A DNA stretch of 64,000 nucleotides from Burkholderiales bacterium (GTDB taxonomy: Bacteria > Pseudomonadota > Gammaproteobacteria > Burkholderiales > Casimicrobiaceae): NCBI GenBank assembly GCA_046347725.1, contig JAXMFN010000003.1:239674-303673 (forward strand). Direction: 5' to 3'. Below, piece by piece: positions 10,307 to 20,097 of the stretch; position 1 is the stretch's first letter, and each line of letters opens with the position of its first letter. The notes under the pieces were generated by a model. That model ran no database searches and was not told where the DNA came from. It worked only from the letters and a program-made list of their open reading frames with translations. Position numbers and translations under genes: made by a program.

Positions 10307-10728
10307 CCGGGTTGGTGCTCCGGGGACTTCGGAGCGGTTCGAACCGCGCCTACGAAACTCGCGGGACGCGTCCGTGACGCACGTGGTCGGGCCCTGGTCG
10401 GTCGTCGGAAGGGAGAACGACCTGGCGTGCGGACGGTGCCAGGGCCGACGCCTTGGTCTGGAGACAGACATGCGACCTCCAAACGCGTGATGAGGACGGA
10501 ATTCCGATATTGGACGACAGGCTCTTCGACGTTGTCATCCGAGGACGATTGCCGATTCGTAATCTACAACCATATCTTCGCCGGGGTCTCTCGATCGCCG
10601 ATATTGGGCGATCCCCGCATGCGGAAATTGATCTTCGTCGAGGAAAACGCAAATCGACGCGATGTCGAGGACCCTCAGGTGCTATACGTGCGCCGGTGTC
10701 GATTGCACACTACAAAAGGAGGTATGCC

Positions 10729-11517
10729 ATGGCCCGTCTCATCGTCCTCGCTCTGGCGGCTGGCTTGGCGGCGGCGCTACCCGATGTCGGCTGGGCCCAG
10801 GTCTCGCTGTCGACCGCGATCAACAAGTCCGGTCGGATGAGAATGCTGTCGCAACGGATCATCAAGGCGCAGGCGCAGTATTCACACGGGGTTCTGATCG
10901 ACCGGGCGTCGGACGTGCTGCGCACCTCGGTCCGGGAGATGGGCGAGGGACTCGACGATCTGAAGCGCATCCAGCCCAACGCCGAGATCCGGACGACCTA
11001 CGCCCAGCTCGAGGCGAAGGCGCGCCCGTTCCTCGCGGCCGCGGCGGTGGTCGCCAAGCTCGACGCGCCGCGCTTGGCCGCGCTCAACGCGCAGGCCGAC
11101 GAAGTGCTCGACCTCGCGCACAAGCTGACCGGCCAGTACGAGCAGGCGGGAAAAGCGGCCGGTGCGAAGCTCATCAACGTCGCCGGTCGCCAGCGGATGC
11201 TTTCGCAGCGGATGTCGAAGAACTACTTCCTGATCCACGCCGCGGTGCCGGGCGTGACGCAGGCCGAGATCGCGCGCGACCAGAAGGAATTCGTCTCGGC
11301 GCTGGCGATGCTCAAGTCGGCGCCGTTGACCAACTCGCCGATCAAGCAGGACCTCGATCTCGCCGACGTGCAGTGGGTGTTCTTCGAGAACGCGCTCGGC
11401 GTCAAGACCGCCGACCGCAGCGCGCTGCAGAACGTGGCGACGACCTCGGAGCGCATCCTCGAGGTGATGGACGATCTGACGCTGCAGTACGACCAGGCGC
11501 TGAAGGACTTGCTCTAG
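10729..11517 (+). CDS. Periplasmic protein with two PilJ/NarX-type N-terminal (P-box-like) sensor domains
   Basis: AAAGGAGG RBS; signal peptide; AINKSGRMRMLSQR and LINVAGRQRMLSQR repeats. Confidence 0.8.
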   Translation: MARLIVLALAAGLAAALPDVGWAQVSLSTAINKSGRMRMLSQRIIKAQAQYSHGVLIDRASDVLRTSVREMGEGLDDLKRIQPNAEIRTTYAQLEAKARPFLAAAAVVAKLDAPRLAALNAQADEVLDLAHKLTGQYEQAGKAAGAKLINVAGRQRMLSQRMSKNYFLIHAAVPGVTQAEIARDQKEFVSALAMLKSAPLTNSPIKQDLDLADVQWVFFENALGVKTADRSALQNVATTSERILEVMDDLTLQYDQALKDLL

Positions 11518-11531
11518 CTAGGTGAGCAGGC

Positions 11532-11610
11532 GGGGTCAGAGCCGTAATTCGCCGAAGGCGAATTACGGCTCTGACCCCCACCCCCGAAGGCGAATTACGG
11601 CCTTGACCCC
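11532..11610. repeat. GGGGTCAGA-type palindromic repeat (full palindrome plus a third arm)
   Basis: GGGGTCAGAGCCGTAATTCGCC-GAA-GGCGAATTACGGCTCTGACCCC, then CCGAAGGCGAATTACGGCCTTGACCCC. Confidence 0.85.
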
Positions 11611-12239
11611 ACCCCCGACCCTACCCCCACCTGGACGCCGGCGTCGGCGAGCGCCGGCGCGAGTTCGTCGAAGCAGCGGACGTGGCGGGCCGCGAGCCCG
11701 CAGGCGCGCGCCGCCTCGACGTTGATCCGGTTGTCGTCGACGAACAGCGCCCGGTCGGGCGCGACGCCCAGCGTGTCCACCACGTGCTCGAAGTAGTCGG
11801 CGTCCGGCTTCAGCCGCCCGACCGCGTAGGACGGGAAGTTGGCGTGGAACATCGCCGGCAGGTCCCAGTCGCGCTCGAAGCGCTCCCAGTGCATCTCGTT
11901 GGTGTTGGAGAGCGAGGCGAGCGTGTAGCGCGGGGCCAGCGTGGCGAGCAGCGGACGGGCGCGCGGGTCGAGCGCCCGCGGCCAGAACTCGAAGGCGGCG
12001 AGGAAGGTCGCCGGGTCGACCGGCAGGCCGAACTCGACGACCAGCCCGCGGGCGAAGTCGTCTCGGCCGATCCGCCCGGTCTCGTAGGCGCGCACGGCCG
12101 GCGAGGCGAGCCAGCGTCGCCACAGCTCCTCGGTCGTCCCCAGCGACGGGCTCCATTCGAGCATCCGCTCGACGCCGGCGAGCTCGATCATCACCCCGCC
12201 CAGGTCGAAGAGGATCGCGTCGTAGCGCTCAGCGGTCAT
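11595..12239 (-). CDS. HAD-IA family hydrolase (YihX-like phosphatase)
   Basis: ILFDLGGV, SLSNTN, GRLKPDADYF and LFVDDNRINV motifs. Confidence 0.9.
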   Translation of the reverse strand: MTAERYDAILFDLGGVMIELAGVERMLEWSPSLGTTEELWRRWLASPAVRAYETGRIGRDDFARGLVVEFGLPVDPATFLAAFEFWPRALDPRARPLLATLAPRYTLASLSNTNEMHWERFERDWDLPAMFHANFPSYAVGRLKPDADYFEHVVDTLGVAPDRALFVDDNRINVEAARACGLAARHVRCFDELAPALADAGVQVGVGSGVGSRP

Positions 12240-12258
12240 CGGGGTCTCCGGTCGTCGG

Positions 12259-13134
12259 TCACCGCAGCGCGATCGCGAGCCCGATAGGCACGAAGACCAC
12301 CGCCATCAGGTTGCCGATCAGCACGATCGAGGCGACTTTGCCGGGCTCCTGGCGGTAGTGTTCGGCGACCATGAAATTGAGCACGGCCGGCGGCAGGCAG
12401 CCGAACAGGAACAGGATGCCGGTCTGCGTCGGGCCGAGCGAGAGCAGCGGGGCGAGCGCCGAGGCGGCGAGCAGTCCGGTGACCGGGCAGACGACGCCGC
12501 CGATGACGCCGATCCTCGCGTCGGCCCAGCGGATGGCGGTGAGCCGCACGCCGAGCGACAGCAGCATCATCGGGATCAACGCGTCGCCGACCAGCTTGAT
12601 CGTGACCGCGACGACGTCGGGCATCGGCGGCCGCGCGATCGCGTAGGCGAAGCCGGCGATCGTCGACCAGACCATCGGGTTCCTGAGCAGGCTGCCGAAG
12701 CGCGCGTGGTGGTCGATGATCCAGACGCCGAGCGTGAAGTGCAGCAGGTTGCTGATCGTGAACATCGCCACCATCGCGACGAAGCCCGGCTCGCCGAACG
12801 CGAGCGCCGCGAGCGGCAGACCCATGTTGCCGCAGTTGTTGAACATCATCGGCGGCACGAAGGTCCGGTGATCCTCGCGCAACAGCTTCGCGATCGGCCA
12901 GGCGAGCAGTCCGGACCCGAGCACGACGCCGATCCCGCCGGCGATCAGCAGGCGGCTGTCCCACAGGTCGAAGGAGCGCGACGACAACGCCGAGAAGATG
13001 AGCGCCGGCGAGAGGACGTTCATCGACAGCCGGTTCACCACCGACATGTCGGGCTTGACGCGCCGGCCCCAGAACCAGCCGAGCGCAACGACCGAGAAGA
13101 CCGGGATGATGACGGCGGCGAGGCGCTCGATCAA
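12259..13134 (-). CDS. AEC family transporter
   Basis: Hydrophobic; FNNCGNMGLPL and LPPAVLNFMVAE motifs; TTG start. Confidence 0.88.
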   Translation of the reverse strand: MIERLAAVIIPVFSVVALGWFWGRRVKPDMSVVNRLSMNVLSPALIFSALSSRSFDLWDSRLLIAGGIGVVLGSGLLAWPIAKLLREDHRTFVPPMMFNNCGNMGLPLAALAFGEPGFVAMVAMFTISNLLHFTLGVWIIDHHARFGSLLRNPMVWSTIAGFAYAIARPPMPDVVAVTIKLVGDALIPMMLLSLGVRLTAIRWADARIGVIGGVVCPVTGLLAASALAPLLSLGPTQTGILFLFGCLPPAVLNFMVAEHYRQEPGKVASIVLIGNLMAVVFVPIGLAIALR

Positions 13135-13158
13135 AGGCGGAGCCCGGGCGCGCCGGCG

Positions 13159-14487
13159 TCAGAGGATGTACTTGGCGAGATTGTCGTCGCCGGCGACCCC
13201 GGCGAGCCGCGCGTCGACGTAGGCGGCGTCGACGGTGACCGTCCCGCGGTCGTGCCGGGTCGCGTCGAACGACAGCTCCTCGAGCAGCCGCTCCATCACC
13301 GTGTAGAGGCGGCGCGCACCGATATTCTCCTGCTTCTCGTTGACCGCGTGGGCGATCTCGGCGATGCGTCGGATCGCGTCCGGCGCGAAGACGAGCTCGA
13401 CGTTCTCGGTGCGCATCAACGCCTCGTACTGGCGGGTGAGGCAGGCGTCGGTCGCGGTGAGGATCTGCTCGAAGTCGGCGACCGTCAGGCTCGCGAGCTC
13501 GACGCGGATCGGGAAGCGTCCCTGCAGCTCCGGGATCAGGTCGGAAGGCTTCGACAGGTGGAAGGCGCCCGAGGCGATGAACAGGATGTGGTCGGTGCGG
13601 ATCGTCCCGTACTTGGTCGCGACCGACGTGCCCTCGACCAGCGGCAGGAGGTCGCGCTGGACGCCCTGGCGGGAGACGTCGGCGCCGTGCATCTCCGAGC
13701 GCGAGGCGATCTTGTCGATCTCGTCCAGGAAGACGATGCCGTTCTGTTCGACGGCGGAGAGCGCCCGCGCCTTGATGTCGTCGTCGTTGACGAGCTTCGC
13801 CGCTTCCTCGTCGATCAGCGCCTTGAGCGCCTCGCCGACGCGCATCTTCTGCACCTTGCGCCGCTGGCCGCCGATCTGCTGGAACATGCCCTGGATCTGG
13901 CTCGTGAGGTCCTCCATCCCCGGAGGCGCCATGATCTCGAACGACGGCGGCGTCGCCGACACCTCGATGTCGATCTCCTTGTCGTCGAGCCGCCCCTCGC
14001 GCAGCATCTTGCGGAACTTCTGCCGGGTCGCCGTGTCGGTCGGCTGCATGTCGTGGAAGTTGACCTCGCGCGCCGGCGGCAGCAGGACGTCGAGGACGCG
14101 CTCCTCGGCGGCGTCGGCGGCGCGGTCGCGCACCTTGCGCGACTCCGACTCGCGCGTCTGCTTGATCGCCGCCTCGGCCAAATCGCGCACGATCGTGTCG
14201 ACGTCGCGACCGACGTAGCCGACCTCGGTGAACTTGGTCGCCTCGACCTTGACGAACGGCGCGTCGGCGAGTCGCGCGAGGCGGCGGGCGATCTCGGTCT
14301 TGCCCACGCCGGTCGGACCGATCATCAGGATGTTCTTGGGCGTGATCTCGGTGCGCAGCGGCTCGGGCACCTGCTGGCGCCGCCAGCGGTTGCGCAGCGC
14401 GATCGCGACCGCGCGCTTGGCCTCGTGCTGGCCGACGATGTGCTTGTCGAGCTCGGAGACGATCTCCTGCGGCGTCATCGAGGACAT
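13159..14487 (-). CDS. hslU: ATP-dependent protease ATPase subunit HslU
   Basis: [56 protein letters not shown]. Confidence 0.98.
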   Translation of the reverse strand: MSSMTPQEIVSELDKHIVGQHEAKRAVAIALRNRWRRQQVPEPLRTEITPKNILMIGPTGVGKTEIARRLARLADAPFVKVEATKFTEVGYVGRDVDTIVRDLAEAAIKQTRESESRKVRDRAADAAEERVLDVLLPPAREVNFHDMQPTDTATRQKFRKMLREGRLDDKEIDIEVSATPPSFEIMAPPGMEDLTSQIQGMFQQIGGQRRKVQKMRVGEALKALIDEEAAKLVNDDDIKARALSAVEQNGIVFLDEIDKIASRSEMHGADVSRQGVQRDLLPLVEGTSVATKYGTIRTDHILFIASGAFHLSKPSDLIPELQGRFPIRVELASLTVADFEQILTATDACLTRQYEALMRTENVELVFAPDAIRRIAEIAHAVNEKQENIGARRLYTVMERLLEELSFDATRHDRGTVTVDAAYVDARLAGVAGDDNLAKYIL

Positions 14488-14699
14488 GGCGTGGCGGCGG
14501 GCGGCGGCGGGCGGCGGCGGGCGGCGGTGGGGAACGCGATCGACGGTCGGCGCCGGGCGACGCTCGGCCCGGCACCGGCGGGAATCGTTCGCGGGTACGC
14601 CGCGATTGTACCGTGGCGATCCGGACGATCCGCGGCCGCAGGGCGTGCGCCACCGACGAGCGTGGCGGTCGGTCCGCGCTTCGCCTATCATTCGCCCTC

Positions 14700-15308
14700 A
14701 TGCCCGGCACGAGTTCCTCGTTTGACGGCCCGGCCCGGCGCGTGCGCCGGGTGGTCGCGGCGCTGGCGGCGGTCATCGCCGCGGCGTGCGGCACGTCGGG
14801 CGATCGCGGCCACGGCTTGCCGATGCGCGAGCCCGAGCCGGAGAAGAGCGGGCCGGCGCCGGGAGTCGAGGCGGTGCTCGCGCCGGTCGGCGGCAGCGCC
14901 GCGCAGGGGAGCGCCAAGTTCCTCGTTCGCGGCGACGGCGTCACCGCGTTCATCGTCGTCAACAACGTCGTGCCCGGTCCCTACCGGGTCGCGATCCACG
15001 AGCGCGGCAATTGCAGCTCGCCCAACGGATTCTCCGCCGGCAAGCCGTGGGCGCCGCCCGGCTCGCCGCGGCCGGCTTCGGACATCCTGCCGGAGATTCC
15101 GATCGGGCAGAACGGCAACGGCGTGATGACCGCGTCGATCCGCGGGCTCAAGCTCGCCGGTCCCGACAGTCTCGAGGGGCGCTCGGTCGTCGTCCATGCC
15201 GGCTCGACCGTCGACGCGAACGTCGTGCCCGACCGGCCGAACCGCATCGTCCTGTGCGGCGTCATCGGCCCGGTCCGCTCGTTCCGCGACGCCCTCAATT
15301 TCCTCTGA
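14700..15308 (+). CDS. Cu/Zn superoxide dismutase-fold lipoprotein with degenerate metal ligands
   Basis: Lipobox-like IAAAC; [20 protein letters not shown] and CGVI are SodC hallmarks, but most His/Asp ligands are absent. Confidence 0.75.
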   Translation: MPGTSSSFDGPARRVRRVVAALAAVIAAACGTSGDRGHGLPMREPEPEKSGPAPGVEAVLAPVGGSAAQGSAKFLVRGDGVTAFIVVNNVVPGPYRVAIHERGNCSSPNGFSAGKPWAPPGSPRPASDILPEIPIGQNGNGVMTASIRGLKLAGPDSLEGRSVVVHAGSTVDANVVPDRPNRIVLCGVIGPVRSFRDALNFL

Positions 15309-15339
15309 CTCCTCCGACCGCCACGCGTCGCCACCGACC

Positions 15340-16125
15340 ATGGGATTCCTCGCCGACCGCCGCATCCTCGTCACCGGCGTGCTGTCGAACCGCTCGATCG
15401 CCTACGGCGTCGCGCGCGCCTGCCACCGCGAGGGCGCGACGCTCGCGTTCACCTACGTCAACGACGATCTCAAGGACCGGGTCCTGCGGCTCGCCTCCGA
15501 GTTCGGCAGCTGTCCGGTGCTGCCCTGCGACGTCGCGCACGACGACCAGATCGACGCGCTGTTCGACGCGCTGGGCCGCGAGTGGGGCGCGCTCGACGGG
15601 CTCCTGCACTCGATCGCCTACGCGCCGCGCGAGGCGCTCGCCGGCGACTTCCTCGACGCGTTGTCGAGGCAGGCGTTCGCGACCGCGCACGACATCTCGA
15701 GCTACAGCTTCGCCGCGCTCGCCAAGGGCGCGCGACCGCTGATGCGCGGGCGCAAGGCCTCGGTGCTCACGCTCACCTACCTGGGCGCGGTCCGTTCGGT
15801 GCCCAACTACAACGTGATGGGACTCGCCAAGGCGAGCCTCGAGTCGGTGGTCCGCTACCTCGCCGCCTGCCTCGGGCCCGAGGGCATCCGCGCCAACGGC
15901 ATCTCGGCCGGACCGATCAAGACGCTCGCCGCGGCCGGCATCGGCAACTTCGGCAAGCTGCTGTCGCGCTTCGAGGCGACCGCGCCGTTGCGGCGCGGCG
16001 TCACGATCGACGAGGTCGGCAACGTCGCGGCCTTCCTGATGTCCGATCTCGCCAGCGGCATCACCGGCGAGATCACCTACGTCGACGCCGGCTACTCGAC
16101 GGTCGCGGTCGCCGGCGAGTCCTGA
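15340..16125 (+). CDS. fabI: Enoyl-ACP reductase FabI
   Basis: [46 protein letters not shown]. Confidence 0.97.
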   Translation: MGFLADRRILVTGVLSNRSIAYGVARACHREGATLAFTYVNDDLKDRVLRLASEFGSCPVLPCDVAHDDQIDALFDALGREWGALDGLLHSIAYAPREALAGDFLDALSRQAFATAHDISSYSFAALAKGARPLMRGRKASVLTLTYLGAVRSVPNYNVMGLAKASLESVVRYLAACLGPEGIRANGISAGPIKTLAAAGIGNFGKLLSRFEATAPLRRGVTIDEVGNVAAFLMSDLASGITGEITYVDAGYSTVAVAGES

Positions 16126-16230
16126 CCCGCGCGACCATGCGCGCGAGCGCGCCGATCGTCTGCGCATGAGCGCGCAGGGCCGCCCCAAGCGCGAATCAGC
16201 CCCGAGGCGCTCGGCGCGGAGGGCAATCCG

Positions 16231-17859
16231 GTGACCGCGCGCGTCTACGACGCCGTCGTCGTCGGCGGCGGCCACAACGGTCTGGTCTGCGCCGCCTACC
16301 TCGCCGCGGCCGGACTCTCGGTGCGCGTCTGCGAGCGCCGCGGCGTCGTCGGCGGCGCGGCGGTGACCGAGGAGTTCCACCCGGGCTTCCGCAATTCGAC
16401 GGCGAGCTACACGGTCAGCCTGCTCGATCCGCAGGTGATCCGGGACCTGAATCTCGCCGGGCACGGGCTGTCGGTGACGCTGCGACCGTACTCGAACTTC
16501 CTGCCGCTGTCCGACCGGCCGGGCGAGTACCTGCGTGTCGGCGGCGGCCTCGAGGCGACGCAGCGCGAGGTCGCGCGCTACTCGGCTCGCGACGCCGAGG
16601 CGCTGCCGGCGTACTACGCGATGCTCGACCGGGTCGCCGATGTGCTGCGCGAGTTGCTCGCGCGCACGCCGCCCGACGTCGCCGATCCGGACCGGCGCGA
16701 CTGGGGCGGGATGATCGAGGCGTGGAAGACGCTGCGCGCTTTCCGCACGCTCTCGCTCGCCGAGCGCCGTGACGTCGTCGACCTCTTCACCAAGAGCGCC
16801 GGCGAGATCCTCGACCGGCGCTTCGAGTCGGCGCCGATCAAGGCGGCGTTCGGCTTCGACTCGGTGGTCGGCAACTTCGCCAGCCCCTACGCCGCCGGCT
16901 CCGCCTACGTCCTGCTCCATCACGTCTTCGGCGAGGTCGACGGCCGGCGCGGGCAATGGGGCCACGCCAAGGGGGGCATGGGCGCGATCACGCAGGCGAT
17001 GGCGGCCGAGTGCCGGGCGCGCGGCGTCGAGATCCGCACCGGGTGCGCGGTCGAGCGGGTGATCGTCAAGGCGGGCCGCGCCTGCGGCGTCGAGCTCGAC
17101 GGCGGCGAGGTCGTCGAGGCGAAGCGGGTCGTCGCCAACGTCAACCCGAGGCTCTTGTTCACGCGGCTCGTCGACGCCGCGCACGTCGACGCGGACTTCC
17201 GGGCGCGGATGGCGGCCTACCGCTGCGGGTCCGGCACGTTCCGCATGAACGTCGCGCTCGACCGCCTGCCCGATTTCGCCTGTCTGCCCGGATCGATCGC
17301 CGCGCCCCACCATTCGAGCGGGATCATCGTCGCGCCCTCGCTCGGCTACATGGAGCGCGCCTACTTCGACGCCAAGACCACCGGCTGGTCGGCCGAGCCG
17401 ATCGTCGAAGTGCTGATTCCCTCGACCGTCGATGACTCCCTCGCGCCGGCGGGCAAGCACGTCGCGAGCCTGTTCTGCCAGCACGTGCATCCGGACGTCG
17501 GGTCGGTGCGACCGGGTACCGGCTGGGACGATCACCGCGACGCGGTCGCCGACCGGATGATCGCGACCGTCGACCGGATGGCGCCGGGGTTCGCCGCGAG
17601 CGTGATCGGCCGGCGCGCGCTGACGCCGCTCGACCTCGAGCGCGAGTTCGGCCTCGTCGGCGGCGACATCTTCCACGGCGCGCTCGGTCTGGACCAGCTC
17701 TACGCGACGCGGCCGGCACTGGGCGCGGCGAGCTACCGGATGCCGGTGCGCGGGCTCTACCTGTGCGGCTCCGGCGCCCATCCGGGCGGCGGTGTCACCG
17801 GCATTCCGGGGCGCAACGCGGCACGGGAGATCATCGGCGACGCGCGGAGGCGGCGCTAG
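16231..17859 (+). CDS. Phytoene desaturase-like FAD-dependent oxidoreductase
   Basis: VVVGGGHNGLVCAAYLA, GGAAVTEEFHPGFRNS, GGDIFHG, GAHPGGGVTGIPGRNAA. Confidence 0.88.
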   Translation: MTARVYDAVVVGGGHNGLVCAAYLAAAGLSVRVCERRGVVGGAAVTEEFHPGFRNSTASYTVSLLDPQVIRDLNLAGHGLSVTLRPYSNFLPLSDRPGEYLRVGGGLEATQREVARYSARDAEALPAYYAMLDRVADVLRELLARTPPDVADPDRRDWGGMIEAWKTLRAFRTLSLAERRDVVDLFTKSAGEILDRRFESAPIKAAFGFDSVVGNFASPYAAGSAYVLLHHVFGEVDGRRGQWGHAKGGMGAITQAMAAECRARGVEIRTGCAVERVIVKAGRACGVELDGGEVVEAKRVVANVNPRLLFTRLVDAAHVDADFRARMAAYRCGSGTFRMNVALDRLPDFACLPGSIAAPHHSSGIIVAPSLGYMERAYFDAKTTGWSAEPIVEVLIPSTVDDSLAPAGKHVASLFCQHVHPDVGSVRPGTGWDDHRDAVADRMIATVDRMAPGFAASVIGRRALTPLDLEREFGLVGGDIFHGALGLDQLYATRPALGAASYRMPVRGLYLCGSGAHPGGGVTGIPGRNAAREIIGDARRRR

Positions 17860-17884
17860 CGAACGGCCGGCGGCGGAAGATGGC

Positions 17885-17964
17885 GGAAGACGGGGTCAGA
17901 CTCGATTTCGGGAAGACGGGGTCAGACTCGATTTCGGGGAAATCCCGAAATCGAATCTGACCCC
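17885..17964. repeat. GGGGTCAGA-type repeat: 26-nt tandem duplication plus inverted arm
   Basis: GGAAGACGGGGTCAGACTCGATTTCG at 17885-17910 and 17911-17936; inverted arm CCCGAAATCGAATCTGACCCC at 17944-17964. Confidence 0.85.
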
Positions 17965-17968
17965 TTGG

Positions 17969-18323
17969 AAGGCGAAGCCCGCCGATAAGCCGGGTTCTGT
18001 GACGGACGCGCTCGCGCGCGCCCCGACCGTCATTCCTCTAGGCCCATCGTCGCCGGTGGGCTCGAGCCACCTACCCGCGGACTGGGCGAGCCGCCTCGAC
18101 TGCTGGTCGTCCGCTGCTTGGTGTTGCTCCGGATGGAGGTTGCCGCGTTTCACCCGCCCCCGTGCGACCGGGGGCGACTCGTCTCTGTGGCCCTGTTCCT
18201 CGCCTTGACCGCGGCGGCGAAGCCGCGGCTGCTGCGGCCGGGCGTTACCCGGCATCCTGCTCTCTGGAGCCCGGACTTTCCTCTCCCTCCGCGAACGGAG
18301 GCAGCGACGGTCTGGCGGACTTC
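17969..18323 (-). ncRNA. rnpB: RNase P RNA, bacterial type A
   Basis: Minus strand carries GAGGAAAGTCCGGGCTC, GGGCCACAGAGACGAG, GGGTGAAACGCGGCAACCTCCA and ACAGAACCCGGCTTATC. Ends approximate. Confidence 0.97.
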
Positions 18324-18361
18324 GGACAGCTAGGATAGCACCGGGGACGATCGGCTCCCGG

Positions 18362-19429
18362 TCATCCTCGATCCGCCACCTGCTCGAGCCGCCAGCGCAC
18401 GGTCTCGCCGGCTTTGAGCGGCACGATCGTGTCGACGCCGAACGGGCATTCGGCGGGCACGGTCCACGGGTCGCGGACCAGCGCCACGCGCTCGTCGTGC
18501 GGCGCGAACCCGTAGAAGGCCGCGCCGTGGAGGCTCGCGAAACCCTCGAGCCGCTCGAGGGCGCCGGCGTCCTCGAAGGCCTCGGCGTAGAGCTCGAGGG
18601 CGAGAGGCGCGGAGTAGCAGCCGGCGCAGCCGCAGGCGTGTTCCTTCAACGGCCGGGCGTGCGGCGCGCTGTCGGTGCCGAGGAAGAACTTGGGATCGCC
18701 CGAGGTCGCGGCGGCGACCAGCGCGCGACGGTGCGTCTCGCGCTTGAGGATCGGCAGGCAGTAGAAGTGCGGCCGCACGCCGCCCACCAGCATCGCGTTG
18801 CGCGACCAGACGAGGTGCTGCGGCGTGATCGTCGCCGCCAGGTTGGCGCCGGCGGCCGCGACGAACTCGGCGGCCTCTCGCGTCGTGATGTGCTCGACGA
18901 CGATCCGCAGGCCCGGGAAGTCGCGCACCAGGCGCGCGAGCGTGCGATCGACGAAGACGCGCTCGCGGTCGTAGATGTCGACGTCGGCGTCGGTGACCTC
19001 GCCATGCAGCGACAGGACGAGCCCGTGCTTTTCCATCGCCGCGATCGCGCCCCGCGCCCGGTCGATCGAGGTGACGCCGGAGTCGGAGTTGGTCGTCGCC
19101 CCGGCGGGGTAGTACTTCGCCGCGACGACGAACCCCGACGCCTTCGCCCGCGCGATCTCGTCGCTCGTCGTGTTGTCGGTCAGGTAGAGCGTCATCAGCG
19201 GCTCGAAGCGCCCGCCGGGCGGCAGCGCCGCGACGATGCGTTCCCGGTAGGCGCGCGCCGCGTCGACCGTGGTCACCGGCGGCTTCAGGTTGGGCATGAC
19301 CAGCGCCCGGCCGAAGACCCGGGCGCTGGCCGGAAGCACGGCGGCCATCGCCGCGCCGTCGCGCAGGTGGAGGTGCCAGTCGTCCGGGCGCCGCAGGGCG
19401 ACGCGAACGGGGTGGGCGGCGGATGTCAT
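18362..19429 (-). CDS. pyrC: Dihydroorotase
   Basis: [40 protein letters not shown] minus-strand TATAAT at 19452-19457 supports the start at 19429. Confidence 0.97.
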   Translation of the reverse strand: MTSAAHPVRVALRRPDDWHLHLRDGAAMAAVLPASARVFGRALVMPNLKPPVTTVDAARAYRERIVAALPPGGRFEPLMTLYLTDNTTSDEIARAKASGFVVAAKYYPAGATTNSDSGVTSIDRARGAIAAMEKHGLVLSLHGEVTDADVDIYDRERVFVDRTLARLVRDFPGLRIVVEHITTREAAEFVAAAGANLAATITPQHLVWSRNAMLVGGVRPHFYCLPILKRETHRRALVAAATSGDPKFFLGTDSAPHARPLKEHACGCAGCYSAPLALELYAEAFEDAGALERLEGFASLHGAAFYGFAPHDERVALVRDPWTVPAECPFGVDTIVPLKAGETVRWRLEQVADRG

Positions 19430-19451
19430 CGAAAGTCCTTGAATTTGTTCG

Positions 19452-19527
19452 ATTATACCTGTCGACACCGACGGCTGGCCGGCGGAGCGCCGCCGACTCG
19501 CTCGCCAAGGCCCGAGGACGCTATAAT
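19452..19527. promoter_or_regulatory. Divergent sigma70 -10 boxes for pyrC (minus, 19452-19457) and dksA (plus, 19522-19527)
   Basis: Two perfect TATAAT hexamers, back to back, in a GC-rich context. Confidence 0.7.
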
Positions 19528-19600
19528 CTTCCGTTTAGTCCCCGCCGCACCCTCCGCATCCGGCCACGAGGGTGCGACGCACCCGGAACGGAACCCACGC

Positions 19601-20047
19601 ATGGCAGGCAAGACCGCTACCGCCGTCAAGAAGGTCCGCGAGCTGACCGAGGACGACCTGATCAAGGCGCCCGAGAAGGACTACATGAACGAGGCGCAAC
19701 TGGCCTTCTTCAGGAAGCGCCTCGTCGAATTGCGCGACCAGCTGCTGCAGAACGCCGACGACACCGGCGAACACCTGCGCGAAAACGAGATCACGACCGA
19801 CCCTTCCGACCGGGCGACGCTCGAGGAAGAGTACACGCTCGAGCTCCGCACGCGCGACCGCGAGCGCAAGCTCCTGAAGAAGGTCGAGAAGTCGCTGCGG
19901 ATGATCGACGACGGCTCGTACGGGTTCTGCGAGGAGACCGGCGAGCCGATCGGCGTCGCCCGCCTGATCGCCCGGCCGACCGCGACGCTCTCGCTCGAGG
20001 CGCAGGAACGCCGCGAGCGCGTGCAGAAGATGTACGGCGACGATTGA
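19601..20047 (+). CDS. dksA: RNA polymerase-binding protein DksA
   Basis: [44 protein letters not shown]. Confidence 0.97.
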   Translation: MAGKTATAVKKVRELTEDDLIKAPEKDYMNEAQLAFFRKRLVELRDQLLQNADDTGEHLRENEITTDPSDRATLEEEYTLELRTRDRERKLLKKVEKSLRMIDDGSYGFCEETGEPIGVARLIARPTATLSLEAQERRERVQKMYGDD

Positions 20048-20097
20048 CGCCGGGGCGGCTTCCCGCGCGCCGCCGATCCGAACCCACGAGGAGCCCC

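Noticed and set aside
6779-11517. Prophage or integrative element around the large ORF
   Set aside because: No integrase, transposase, tRNA target or flanking direct repeats were visible; only the composition is atypical.
19601-20047. DksA with only one Cys (no 4-Cys zinc finger)
   Set aside because: Zinc-independent DksA variants are well known and the coiled-coil acidic motif is intact.
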